DNA from: a bacterium
Lineage (GTDB): Bacteria; Actinomycetota; Acidimicrobiia; Spongiisociales; Spongiisociaceae
NCBI GenBank assembly: GCA_028820935.1
Contig: JAPPHZ010000021.1
Coordinates: 6,755 to 70,754 of the forward strand
DNA: 64,000 nucleotides
Direction: 5' to 3'
Both the position numbers and the translations under genes were made by a program. Shown here piece by piece: positions 1 through 9,224 of the stretch. The notes beneath the pieces were generated by a model that saw only the letters and a program-made list of their open reading frames with translations, was not told the origin of the DNA and did not search any database. Position 1 is the first letter of the stretch; every line of letters begins with the position of its first letter.

Positions 1-1815
1 GCTGGCGGTCTCGAGATAGGTCTCGATGTAGGGCAGACCCAAAGCCGCCTCTCGCTGCGTGGTGTGGGATGCCCGGGCGTCCGGGAAGTCCAGGAACAGC
101 ACCGCCACCCGCAGGACGCCTGTAGCCGGGATTCGACTTCGAAGCGGGAATCCTGCCGGACCCGGCGGACGGCACGAGTCCGGATCGGCCTGATCAGGGC
201 TTACGTAGTGGTACACGTCGGACGGCATCCGGACTACCGCGGGAGGCGCAGTAAGCCCGTCTTCGTGCGCCTGCTTACCCCAGCAGGTGATGGCCCCGCC
301 CGTGTGCAGCCCGCACGAATGGCGGTCGCCCAGGTCGATGGCGCTGAACTCGCCTTGCGGAGGGTCGGCCCGACCCTGCTCGTCGAAGCCCCAGCAGACC
401 ACCGAACCGTCGACGGTGATCCCGCAGGAGTGCTGCCAGCCGGCCGCTATGGCGCGGAAACGCTTGGCAGGGACATTGGCCTGTGCCGCGTGATCGGCGC
501 CCCAGCAGACGCCGACGCCGTCGGTGCGCACGCCGCACGAGTGCCAGTTGCCCGCTGCGATGGCGACGAACCGTCCGGGTGGCGGGTCGGCTTGACCATC
601 GTTGTCGGCGCCCCAGCAGGTAAGGGACCGGTCGGCGTTGCGGAGCCCGCACGTATGCCATTCCCCGGCTGCGACAGCGGCGAACTCGCCGGGTGGCGGG
701 CTTGCCTGGCCTGCGTGGTCGGCGCCCCAGCAGGTGACGCTCCGGTCGGCTCGGATGGCGCACGAGTGATCACCCCCGGCCGTGATGGCGATGAACCTCC
801 CCTCCGGCGCCCCGGTCGCCCCCCATCCGTCCCAACCCCAGCAGACGACCTCCTGGCGGCTGTCGATACCGCAGGTGTGGCTCCGGCCGGCGGTCAATGC
901 CACGAACTCCCCGTCCGGTGGTGCGGCCTGGCCCCTCGTGTTGTCCCCCCAGCAGGTCACCGTGCGATCCCTGCGTAGCCCGCAGGAATGGTCCCAACCG
1001 ACCGTGATCGCGGTGAAGTCACCCGCGTCTGGTGGTATGACGGTGCTGGCCTCCCGGGACGGGATAGCACCGGCGAAACGGAGCGCGCTGGTCAGGAAGG
1101 TGGCCATCTCTGCACGGGTGGTGGCCCGGCCGGGGCAGTAGCGGGCCGGATCGACCGCGCACCCGGAGGTGATCCCGGCCGCGGCCAAGGCGCTTATGCC
1201 CGGTAGGTGAGTGGCGCCCTGCCCGACATCGGCGAACCCCGTCGGCGGTACGGATGGCAACCGGAAGGCGCTGGTCAGGAAGGTGGCCATCTCTGCACGG
1301 GTAGTGGCCCGCCCGGGACAGAAGCGGGCCGGTTTCACCTCGCATCCCCGCGTGACTCCCAGATCTGCGAGGCGCTCCACGTGGCCCGCCCACCACGCCC
1401 CTTCGTCGACGTCGGCGAACCGTGACCGCTCGACGGGCGCAGGGTCGGCCCCATCCAATGCCCTGACCAGCCAGACCGCCACCACCCAGCGCTGGATGGG
1501 CAGATTGGGGCAGAACCGGCCTGCCGCGCACTCCGTTCCCTCGAGGACTCCCCTCGCAGCCAGGATCTCCACATTCGCCTGGTGGACACCCGCTCCGGCT
1601 ATGTCGGAGAACTGCTCAGCAGCGTGCGACGTCCCGCCCTCGCTACGTGTGCTGGAGAGAAACTCCCCGGTCTCCGGGGCCGGTGCCGGACTCGCCGGAC
1701 TCGGAAGCAAGCCCCCGACCATCAGCAGCACGGCGAACGCAAGCAGGAGGCCGCGGGTATGCTGCCGGCGCGGGTGTCCGGCTACATCATTGCGCCCGCC
1801 GACGGTACCCGTCAC
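1..1815 (-). CDS. Secreted surface protein: leader peptide, 3 SLH-like units, RCC1-type repeats and a further C-terminal region. The 3' end runs off the left edge (partial).
   Basis: The minus-strand frame is open from nt 1 up to a GTG at 1813-1815. It is absent from the ORF track because no stop lies inside the window. Hand translation gives a hydrophobic leader (RRQHTRGLLLAFAVLLMVGGLL). It also gives SLH-like units (FADVDEGAWWAGHVERLADLGVTRGC...TTRAEMATFLTSAF plus two more). About 5 RCC1-type repeats follow (e.g. GDRHSCGLHTGGAITCWG near 280-335). The exact start codon is uncertain. Confidence 0.75.
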   Translation of the reverse strand, partial: MTGTVGGRNDVAGHPRRQHTRGLLLAFAVLLMVGGLLPSPASPAPAPETGEFLSSTRSEGGTSHAAEQFSDIAGAGVHQANVEILAARGVLEGTECAAGRFCPNLPIQRWVVAVWLVRALDGADPAPVERSRFADVDEGAWWAGHVERLADLGVTRGCEVKPARFCPGRATTRAEMATFLTSAFRLPSVPPTGFADVGQGATHLPGISALAAAGITSGCAVDPARYCPGRATTRAEMATFLTSALRFAGAIPSREASTVIPPDAGDFTAITVGWDHSCGLRRDRTVTCWGDNTRGQAAPPDGEFVALTAGRSHTCGIDSRQEVVCWGWDGWGATGAPEGRFIAITAGGDHSCAIRADRSVTCWGADHAGQASPPPGEFAAVAAGEWHTCGLRNADRSLTCWGADNDGQADPPPGRFVAIAAGNWHSCGVRTDGVGVCWGADHAAQANVPAKRFRAIAAGWQHSCGITVDGSVVCWGFDEQGRADPPQGEFSAIDLGDRHSCGLHTGGAITCWGKQAHEDGLTAPPAVVRMPSDVYHYVSPDQADPDSCRPPGPAGFPLRSRIPATGVLRVAVLFLDFPDARASHTTQREAALGLPYIETYLETAS

Positions 1816-1855
1816 TCGACGGAGGCTACCCGGGTGCTGAACCGCCCGTCACCGC

Positions 1856-1943
1856 CGGGCGGGTTGGCGGCGAGGGCCCCGGGTAGGCGAGGCCCTTGAG
1901 GCTTATCGCGAATCCGCTCTCCGGCAGGATGGCGCCGAGCGGG
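1856..1943 (-). pseudogene. Displaced duplicate of the lhr 3' end (last ~30 codons)
   Basis: 88 nt align with 3143-3229 inside lhr, with 4 substitutions and one 1-nt indel (hand alignment). Without the extra C the copy would read ...LKGLAYRGPRRQPARR-stop, a complete alternative lhr C-terminus with its own TGA. Confidence 0.7.
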
Positions 1944-1998
1944 ATGCCCGGCCTTGGGCTTCCTCGGCACCGGTTCCGGCAACTTTCTGTGGACCCGC

Positions 1999-2514
1999 TT
2001 AGGCCTTGACCACCATGGTTCCTGTAGCTCTGTCGTGCCAGCCCTGACGGCTGTCGCTCACGAGGATGGAGATGAAGCACAGGATGCTCGTGATCGTGAG
2101 TATCAAGATCCGCCCGACCGAGCTACCCCAGCCGGGGACACCTCCTTGATCAGCCCCTACTACCTCTATGGCTACGACTCTCTTGCCGATAGTCCTGCCG
2201 CGGATGGCTATCAATACAGGTTCGTAGATCAGCATCAACAAAGGCGCCATCACCGGCGGCCATGTGAATAGCTGTATGACCAGGGCCAATCCCGAAAACT
2301 CCTCGGTTGGATCAGCACGCATCACACCAGTCAAGATAAGCAACAGGAGCGCTAAGAATATGGCCACCGACAGGATCGTGTAATCCAGGATCCGTGCTGT
2401 GATTCTGCTACCAACACTAGCCAGCATCCGATGTTCCCCATTACCCAGCATTACTTGCCCTGCCGTTGTCCCAGGTGTGTCTTCGCCGCTGATTGGTCGT
2501 ACCTCTTCCGTCAC
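1999..2514 (-). CDS. RDD-family membrane protein
   Basis: 171-aa ORF. It has the RDD-type layout (RITARILDYTIL..., TM segments, C-terminal GWHDRATGTMVV). GC is visibly lower than in the flanks. Confidence 0.75.
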   Translation of the reverse strand: MTEEVRPISGEDTPGTTAGQVMLGNGEHRMLASVGSRITARILDYTILSVAIFLALLLLILTGVMRADPTEEFSGLALVIQLFTWPPVMAPLLMLIYEPVLIAIRGRTIGKRVVAIEVVGADQGGVPGWGSSVGRILILTITSILCFISILVSDSRQGWHDRATGTMVVKA

Positions 2515-2516
2515 AC

Positions 2517-2912
2517 TCAGCCCTCCATCCTGTAGTCAACAAGAACAGTATCTGCGCCGCTCCCGATTGCCGTACCGACCACGAAGAGATCCGTCACGAG
2601 CCATTCGACAACGAAAACGAGCCAGATAACGAGTCCTGCTAGGAACAGTGTGGCGGTGATCACCGAAACGACCCTGGCGGTTCTGGCTAGCCGGCGACGT
2701 CTAACTGCCCTTCTCCTGGCCCGCAGTGAGAGGACGAGACCAGTGACCCAGAGTATTGCCCCGGCTAGCAGCAGGAGACCGATGGCCTCGTCGGGGTTGC
2801 TGACCAAGGATGGCACCGTCATGATCAGGATCAGCAGAACTGTGACCAGTGCCGCGGATAGCGAACAGACGAAACCGGCCATCGCCATCCGATCCCCTCG
2901 GATCATGACCAA
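2517..2912 (-). CDS. Hypothetical multi-pass membrane protein
   Basis: 131-aa ORF with ~4 hydrophobic spans and an RRRAVRRRRLAR loop. It is tightly stacked upstream of the RDD gene in the same lower-GC insert. I recognise no family. Confidence 0.5.
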   Translation of the reverse strand: MVMIRGDRMAMAGFVCSLSAALVTVLLILIMTVPSLVSNPDEAIGLLLLAGAILWVTGLVLSLRARRRAVRRRRLARTARVVSVITATLFLAGLVIWLVFVVEWLVTDLFVVGTAIGSGADTVLVDYRMEG

Positions 2913-3135
2913 CGAACTCCCGAAGCCTCATCCTGTGCCTCGTAGCCGGAGCCCTTTGGCATCATCATGAAGACACAGTATATGTCTGACCGCTCAACGT
3001 GTACGTCTCTTCATCCCACGCCTACGGTCGAGGCAAACCAGTCACTTCCCGGCAACATTGAGGGATCCACCCCCCGGCGTGCTCACGGAGCCGACGGTTG
3101 GTTCTTGTCCGGCGGGCGTTGCGATGCCCCTGCGT

Positions 3136-6100
3136 TTACGTTCGGGCAGGTTGGCGGCGAGGGCCCCGGTAGGCGAGGCCCTTGAGGCTGATCGCGAAGC
3201 CGCTCTCCAGCAGGATGGCGCCGAGCGGGTGGTCCCCGGCGGGGAGGCCGTTGATGGTCTCTACTGTCAGCCGCCGGTGCCGGATACCGATCTCGGTGAG
3301 GGCGTCGGCGGCCGCGCCGTGCAGCTCCTCCGCGTCGGTGAGGAGGGTGGCGGTCTTGCCTCCCCGCTCCAGGAACAGCAGGGGCCGGCCATCGTGGAGG
3401 ATTACGTAGGCGCCGGCCGAGCGGGAAGCCCGGCCCCGAGCTTCCTCGGGCCACGGCAGCAGGGTGCCGTACGGGTTGGCCGGATCGGCGGCGGCGAGGA
3501 TCACGGTGCCTTGGTCGCTGTCCGCGGTCCGGAGCCGGTCCACGGCCCCCGGCAGGGCGAATTGAAGGCCTCCGAGGCCCTCCACGAAGTAGCCGCGGCG
3601 GATGCGGCCCGTCTCCTCCAGATGGTTGAGGATGGGGTACAGGGTGGTCAGGCCACCGGGGATGTTCTCCGCTCGGGCGCCGGCCCTAGTCACCACTCCG
3701 TGGCGTTCCAGCAGGATCTCCGTCCAGGCGGCGCCCCATTCCGCGTCGGCCACGTCAGCCGCGCACAGGTCGGCGACCAGTGACCACCTCCCGGACGATG
3801 AAGGGGGCATGGCGGAGGGCAGCCGGCGCCGGGATCGCGCGGGGCGGGACCGGGCCACGCGGCGGATCCGTACGGCGCGCAGCGGGGCGAGGGTGTCGTT
3901 GGTGACCTCTCCCGCCCACACCAGGTCCCAGAGCGCCTCCAGGGTGTCCTCGATGCGCTCGCTGTCCACGGCCAGGTGGATGTCCCGGAAGAAGCTGGCG
4001 CCCCTCCGCGACAGGTGTGACCGGATGGCGTGGTGTAGTTCCGTGTCGGGCAGGTCATCCACGGACGGTCGATGCAGGATCGGTAGCTGCTCGCGCAGGT
4101 ATAGGGCCACCCGTCCGTCCCGAGGACCGATCCCGCCCCGGCCGACCCATACCACGTCGCCCGACGCCATGAGCTGGTCCGCCATGGTGGGCGTGTAGTC
4201 GAGCCTCGCCGCCAGAACGTCCCGTTCAAGTATCGAGGCGGGGATGGGAAGGCCCTGGAGGGTACGGATCGTCTCGACCAGGGCCGACAGGTGGTTGCGC
4301 CCGGTCCGGCCCACTCCCTGCCAGGCAGGCAGGAACCGCCCGAGGGCGCCGGCCTCGACCGCTTCGATCTCACGGCGGAGCATCGCCAGGCTACGGCGTT
4401 TCAGGCGGCGCAGCACTCCCGTGTCCACCCACTCCTGGCCGGCCTCACCCCGACGGAAGGCGCCCCGGGCCACCGTGCCGGCCTGCTCGAGCGCCACCAG
4501 GGCCACCCGGAGGGCGGCCGGGGGGAGGCCGAGGGCCGATCCGGCCTCCTCGGCCGTGAACGGCGCATGGGTGCGGGCGTAGCGGCGCACCACCTCCCCG
4601 AGCGGGTCGGGACCCGTCTCCAGGTAGGCGTCGGGAACCCCGGCCGGCGGCTGGACTCCCAATGCGTCACGCAGCCGTCCGGCGTCCTCGATGGCCGCCC
4701 ACCTCGGCGCTCCGCCCACCTGAACCCGGATGGCCCGGCGGCGCTCCTCGAGTTCGCGGAGCAGGCCGGGTGCGGAGCCGTCGGCCAGCCGGTCGGCCAC
4801 TGCCGCCCCCGTGAGCGGCCCGAGGGCCCGGAGCAGGTCATGCACGCCGTCGAGCCCCCTCACCCGGCGATCCGGGGTCAGGTACTGGAGTTCCAGCTCG
4901 ACGGCCGCGATCACGTCCTCGTCGAGCAGGTCGCGGAGCTCGCCCTCTCCAAGCAGCTCGCGGAGTAGCTCCCGGTCGAGCGTGAGGGCCGTGGCGCGCC
5001 GTTCCGACGGGGCGGCGTCCCCCTCGTACAGGTAGGAGGCCACGAACTCGAAGAGGAGCGACGAGGCGAACGGTCCGGCCGAGGTGGTGTCGACCTCCAC
5101 CACCCGCACCCGGCGGGCCGCGATGTCCCCGAGGAGTTCCCTGGCGGAGGGGAGGTCGAACACGTCCGAGAGGATCTCGCGGTAGGTCTCGAGGATGATC
5201 GGGAACGAGCCGAAGCGGGTGACGATGGCCATGAGGTCGGCGGCCCGCCGTCGCTGGAGCCACAGGGGGGTGCGACCGCCGGGCCGGCGGCGGGGCAGCA
5301 GCAATGCGCGGGCGGCCGCCTCCCGGAACCGGGCGGCGAACATGGCCGTGCCGGACAGCTCCTCGATCAGGATCGACTCCAGCTCGTCCGGGTCGAGGAG
5401 AAGGTCTTCGAGAGACGGCAGGTCGTCGGTGTCGATGAAGCGGAAGGAGATTCCGTCGTCGCTCCAGATGACGTCCACATTCCGCCCGTAGCGGTGTCGC
5501 AGGCGCTGGCCGATGGCCATTGCCCACGGCGCGTGCACCCGGCCGCCGAGGGGCGAGAGGATGGCGATCCGCCAGTCCCCGATCTCGTCGCGGAAACGCT
5601 CCACCACCACCGTCCGGTCGGTGGGAAGCACTCCGGTGGCGTCACGCTGCTCCTCGATGTATGCGACCAGGTTGCGGGCCGCCCATTCGTCCAGGTGGTA
5701 CCGGCGCCGGAGCGTGTCCACCGCCCGGTCGGTCTCCATCGCCCCGATGGTGCGGACGAAGCGGCCGATCGCCCTCCCGGTCTCGACGGGACGGCCCACC
5801 CGGTCGCCCTTCCAGAACGGCATCCGGCCCGACTCGGCGGGGGCGGGGATCACCTCCACCCGGTCGGCGGTGATGTCGCTGATCCGCCACGCCGAGGTGC
5901 CGAGGACGAATACGTCCCCGGGACGGGACTCGTAGACCATCTCCTCGTCGAGCTCGCCCACCCGGCTGCCGTCCGGAAGGTTGACCGAGTACAGCCCGCG
6001 GTCGGGGATGGTCCCGGCGTTGGTGACTGCCAGGCGCTGGGCCCCCGATCGAGGGGTCAGCGTGTGCGTGACCCGATCCCAGACCACGCGGGGGCGCAAC

Positions 6101-7545
6101 TCCCCGAACAGCTCGGACGGGTAGCGGCCGGCCAGCATGTCGAGGACCGCCTCGAAGGGTCCCCGGGCCAGATCGCGATAGGGGGCGGCCCGCCTGACCA
6201 GGGAGAGGAGGTCATCCGCCTGCCATTCGTCCATCGCTACCGCCGCCACCACCTGCTGCGCCAGCACGTCGAGCGGGCTCTGGGGAACGGCGGTGGGCTC
6301 CACCGACCGCGCCAGCATGAGGTCGGCCACCACGGTCGCCTCGAGGAGGTCCCCGCGGAACTTGGGGAAGATCTTGGCCACGCTGGTCGCCCCCACCTGA
6401 TGGCCGGCCCTACCCACCCTCTGCAAGCCGGAGGCCACGCTGGTGGGCGACTCGACGTGGATCACCAGGTCGACCGCCCCCATGTCGATGCCCAGTTCCA
6501 GTGTCGAGGTCGCCACCACGGCCGGCAGCTCACCCCGCTTGAGCAGGTCCTCGATGACGATCCGCTGCTCCCGTGACACGGAGCCGTGATGGGCGCGGGC
6601 GACCTCGTCCCCCGCCAGGTTGTTCAGCTCGGAGCAGAGGCGCTCGGACAGCCGGCGGGAGTTGGCGAACACGATGGTGGAGCGGTGGGCCCTGACCAGA
6701 TCCAGCAGGGCCGGATAGACGGAGGGCCAGATGGACCGGTAGCCGGGGTCGGCGGGCTCGGAGGCGAGCGGGTCGGGAGGTGTGGGCGCGGCCATGTCCT
6801 CGACCGGGACCACGATCTCCACCTCGAGGCCCCGCTTGCCGGGGACATCCACGATGGTGACCGGCCGCGGCGTCCAGGCGCCGCCGTCCATGGTTCCGCC
6901 TCCCATGAACTCGGCGGTGGTCGAGAGGGGTTGCTGGGTGGCGGAGAGGCCGATGCGGAGGGGACGGACGGCCGTCACCTCCTCCAGCCTCTCCAGCGAC
7001 AGGGCCAGGTGCGATCCCCGCTTGGTCCCGGCCACGGCGTGGACCTCGTCCAGGATCACCCACCGGACCGACGCCAGCATCTTGCGGGCCGCGCTGGTCA
7101 GGATCAGGAACAGGGACTCGGGGGTCGTGATGAGGATGTCCGGGGGGTGGCGCTGCATGCGCTGGCGGTCAGCGGGCGGGGTGTCGCCAGTGCGGATGGC
7201 GGCCACCACCTCGGGAAGAGGCGCCAGGCCATGACGGTCGGCGGCGTGGGCGATCCCGGTCAGGGGCGCCCGGAGGTTGCGCTCCACGTCATGGGCCAGG
7301 GCCTTCATCGGCGAGATGTAGAGGATGCGGCAGCGCCGGGACTTGACCGGCACCGGTTCGGTGAGAAGCTGGTCGAGCGTGTAGAGGAACGCGGCCAGCG
7401 TCTTGCCCGACCCGGTGGGGGCGTGGATCAGCGTGTGCTGACCGGCGGCGATGGCCGGCCATCCACTGGCCTGAGCCTCGGTGGGGCCGGGGAACGCCTC
7501 CTCGAACCAGGTGGCGGTGGCGGGCGAAAACAGGTCTCTCAACAC
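3136..7545 (-). CDS. lhr: ATP-dependent helicase Lhr (large helicase-related, DEAD/DEAH superfamily 2)
   Basis: 1469-aa ORF. Walker A is HAPTGSGKT and the DExH box is LDEVH. Motif VI is GRAGH. The long Lhr-type C-terminal extension is present. Confidence 0.95.
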   Translation of the reverse strand: MLRDLFSPATATWFEEAFPGPTEAQASGWPAIAAGQHTLIHAPTGSGKTLAAFLYTLDQLLTEPVPVKSRRCRILYISPMKALAHDVERNLRAPLTGIAHAADRHGLAPLPEVVAAIRTGDTPPADRQRMQRHPPDILITTPESLFLILTSAARKMLASVRWVILDEVHAVAGTKRGSHLALSLERLEEVTAVRPLRIGLSATQQPLSTTAEFMGGGTMDGGAWTPRPVTIVDVPGKRGLEVEIVVPVEDMAAPTPPDPLASEPADPGYRSIWPSVYPALLDLVRAHRSTIVFANSRRLSERLCSELNNLAGDEVARAHHGSVSREQRIVIEDLLKRGELPAVVATSTLELGIDMGAVDLVIHVESPTSVASGLQRVGRAGHQVGATSVAKIFPKFRGDLLEATVVADLMLARSVEPTAVPQSPLDVLAQQVVAAVAMDEWQADDLLSLVRRAAPYRDLARGPFEAVLDMLAGRYPSELFGELRPRVVWDRVTHTLTPRSGAQRLAVTNAGTIPDRGLYSVNLPDGSRVGELDEEMVYESRPGDVFVLGTSAWRISDITADRVEVIPAPAESGRMPFWKGDRVGRPVETGRAIGRFVRTIGAMETDRAVDTLRRRYHLDEWAARNLVAYIEEQRDATGVLPTDRTVVVERFRDEIGDWRIAILSPLGGRVHAPWAMAIGQRLRHRYGRNVDVIWSDDGISFRFIDTDDLPSLEDLLLDPDELESILIEELSGTAMFAARFREAAARALLLPRRRPGGRTPLWLQRRRAADLMAIVTRFGSFPIILETYREILSDVFDLPSARELLGDIAARRVRVVEVDTTSAGPFASSLLFEFVASYLYEGDAAPSERRATALTLDRELLRELLGEGELRDLLDEDVIAAVELELQYLTPDRRVRGLDGVHDLLRALGPLTGAAVADRLADGSAPGLLRELEERRRAIRVQVGGAPRWAAIEDAGRLRDALGVQPPAGVPDAYLETGPDPLGEVVRRYARTHAPFTAEEAGSALGLPPAALRVALVALEQAGTVARGAFRRGEAGQEWVDTGVLRRLKRRSLAMLRREIEAVEAGALGRFLPAWQGVGRTGRNHLSALVETIRTLQGLPIPASILERDVLAARLDYTPTMADQLMASGDVVWVGRGGIGPRDGRVALYLREQLPILHRPSVDDLPDTELHHAIRSHLSRRGASFFRDIHLAVDSERIEDTLEALWDLVWAGEVTNDTLAPLRAVRIRRVARSRPARSRRRLPSAMPPSSSGRWSLVADLCAADVADAEWGAAWTEILLERHGVVTRAGARAENIPGGLTTLYPILNHLEETGRIRRGYFVEGLGGLQFALPGAVDRLRTADSDQGTVILAAADPANPYGTLLPWPEEARGRASRSAGAYVILHDGRPLLFLERGGKTATLLTDAEELHGAAADALTEIGIRHRRLTVETINGLPAGDHPLGAILLESGFAISLKGLAYRGPRRQPART

Positions 7546-7564
7546 TACGAATCCAGGCTATCGC

Positions 7565-7581
7565 ATGCGTGTGACACGCAT
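7565..7581. promoter_or_regulatory. Perfect 8+1+8 palindrome ATGCGTGT-G-ACACGCAT, 20 nt upstream of the lhr start codon (candidate operator or 5'-UTR hairpin)
   Basis: Read directly from the sequence. It lies in the lhr/7779 divergent intergenic region. Confidence 0.3.
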
Positions 7582-7678
7582 ACCCCAAACTGGGCTCGGT
7601 CGGTCCCCGGTAGTCGGGTGCCGTCCATCCGCAGCCGTTTCGTATGGTGGTCGGCCCCTAGGAAACCGAACAAGGGTC

Positions 7679-7706
7679 TTGACCCTTCTGGTCAGGCCGT
7701 TACGTT
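7679..7706 (+). promoter_or_regulatory. Candidate sigma-70-type promoter for the 7779 gene
   Basis: TTGACC (7679-7684), a 16-nt spacer, then TACGTT (TAnnnT, 7701-7706). An AAGGAG Shine-Dalgarno sits 9 nt before the ATG at 7779. Confidence 0.3.
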
Positions 7707-7778
7707 CACTGTAAGGGTTGGCGCCGGTCGGGCAGGGCCTCAGGCTCACCTGCAACAGACAGTAAGGAGTTACCATCG

Positions 7779-8192
7779 ATGACCATGATCAAGGAATCCA
7801 CGGTCGCGAATCGGGTCGCGCAGTCCTTGGTCTTCCTGGAGCGGGCGGAGGCGGAATTCGCGATCGGCGACACCCGCCAGGGCGCGGAGAAACTCTATGG
7901 CGCCGCCGTCCAAGCCATCATCGCCGCCTCTCTCCAGCGCGGGTGGAAGTATGACTCGCATCGCGCCAACAAGAATGCCTCAGTGGAGATGGCCAGGGAG
8001 TACGGCGACTCCTCTCTGATCAACGGGTTCTCAGCTGCCGAGAAGCTGCATATCCACTTCCATCACGACAACATGGAGGATTACCAGATCGCCGCGGATC
8101 GTCACGGTGTCCGGGGTTATGTCGAGCACCTGCTCGCTCTCGTAGAAGAGTACGAAGAGCGAGGAGAGGATCGGCAAGAGCCTCTCGGGTGA
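7779..8192 (+). CDS. PaREP1-like / HEPN-superfamily helical protein
   Basis: 137-aa ORF with a good SD. The pattern AEAEFAIGDTRQGAEKLYGAAVQAIIAA...SHRAN...AAEKLHIHFHH matches my memory of the PaREP1 family (L..GD..QASEK.WGAA...SH...A..LH.NFYE). GC is lower than in the neighbours. Confidence 0.5.
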   Translation: MTMIKESTVANRVAQSLVFLERAEAEFAIGDTRQGAEKLYGAAVQAIIAASLQRGWKYDSHRANKNASVEMAREYGDSSLINGFSAAEKLHIHFHHDNMEDYQIAADRHGVRGYVEHLLALVEEYEERGEDRQEPLG

Positions 8193-8267
8193 CATCACCG
8201 CCCCGGAGCGGATCGCACAGTCGTTGGGGGATCCAACCGCTCGGATTACGCTGGCTAGAAGCGCGCA

Positions 8268-8303
8268 GGTCCGGCCGCTCTCCGTCCGGAGAGGAGCCGG
8301 ACC
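8268..8303. terminator. Long GC hairpin between convergent genes (candidate bidirectional terminator)
   Basis: GGTCCGGC-cg-CTCTCC-gtcc-GGAGAG-ga-GCCGGACC. There is no clear U-tract. Confidence 0.45.
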
Positions 8304-8432
8304 TACTTCCTTGGTCTACTGCCCTCGGCAATTTCAATTATCACTTGATGGAGCCGTGACTTCAACCGGACAACAGGCTGCGATCCCTCCGGGAGTCCTC
8401 GTGGATTTACGAGGCGGTGGGCCCGCGATGGG

Positions 8433-9224
8433 CTACGAGGCCTGCCCTTCCGAGCAACGGGCGGCCTGGACGAAGGCCTGGGCTCGGGCCGGATCCACGG
8501 GGCGGAGGACATCGCCCTGCTCCTTGATGGCGGTGCCCACGATCACCCCGTCGGCGATCTGTAGCACGGAGGCGACGGACTCCCTGTCCACTCCGGATCC
8601 CACCAGCAACCTGGTGTCGGGAAGCGCCTGGCGGACGTGGTCGATCATGTCCATGTCCGCCGGGAGGCCGGTGCCGCGCCCGGAGAGGATGATGCCGTCC
8701 GCCATTCCCCGGTCGCGGAGATCGGCGGCCGCGTCCTCGATGCGGAGGCCGGGTGGGGGAGTGGCGTGCTTGACGAACAGGTCGGCGAGCACTTCGATCT
8801 CGGGATCCAATGCCGCCCTCAACCGGGACACACGGGCGGCCTGGCCGACTATCGGGCCCTGGTCGGTGTACATCATGGACGAGAGGACGTTCACGCGGAT
8901 GAACCGGGCATCGCAGGCGGCGGCGATCGAGAGAGCGGCGACGGCGTCGTTGCGCAACACGTTGACCCCTACCGGAATGTCCACCGCGGCCCGGACTGCG
9001 GCCACCACCCGGGCCAGGGACGCCACGGTGACAGGGGGCACTCGATCGGCGAAGAACGGAGCGTCTCCGTAGTTCTCGACCAGGAGCGCATCGAAACCGC
9101 ACTCCTCCAGGAGGATGGCATCCTCGACGGCGCGCTCCACGATGGCGCCGGTGGGCGGGCGGTAGGAAGGCGAGCCGGGGAGTGGTAGGGCGTGGACCAT
9201 CCCGATGAGTTGGCGGGAGGCCAT
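8433..9224 (-). CDS. BtpA/SgcQ-family TIM-barrel protein
   Basis: The likely true start is MASRQLIGMVHALPLPGSP, inside the listed 341-aa ORF. That ATG overlaps the upstream stop (TGATG at 9222-9226). The BtpA-like N-terminus (GMVHxxPLPGSP) and VENxGDxPF motif are present. Confidence 0.75.
   Translation of the reverse strand: MASRQLIGMVHALPLPGSPSYRPPTGAIVERAVEDAILLEECGFDALLVENYGDAPFFADRVPPVTVASLARVVAAVRAAVDIPVGVNVLRNDAVAALSIAAACDARFIRVNVLSSMMYTDQGPIVGQAARVSRLRAALDPEIEVLADLFVKHATPPPGLRIEDAAADLRDRGMADGIILSGRGTGLPADMDMIDHVRQALPDTRLLVGSGVDRESVASVLQIADGVIVGTAIKEQGDVLRPVDPARAQAFVQAARCSEGQAS

Noticed and set aside
64-978. Plus-strand 304-aa ORF and several other listed ORFs over the first 1.8 kb
   Set aside because: The only frame giving recognisable domains (leader, SLH, RCC1) is the minus frame that runs off the window edge and is therefore missing from the track. 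The listed ORFs are shadows of it.
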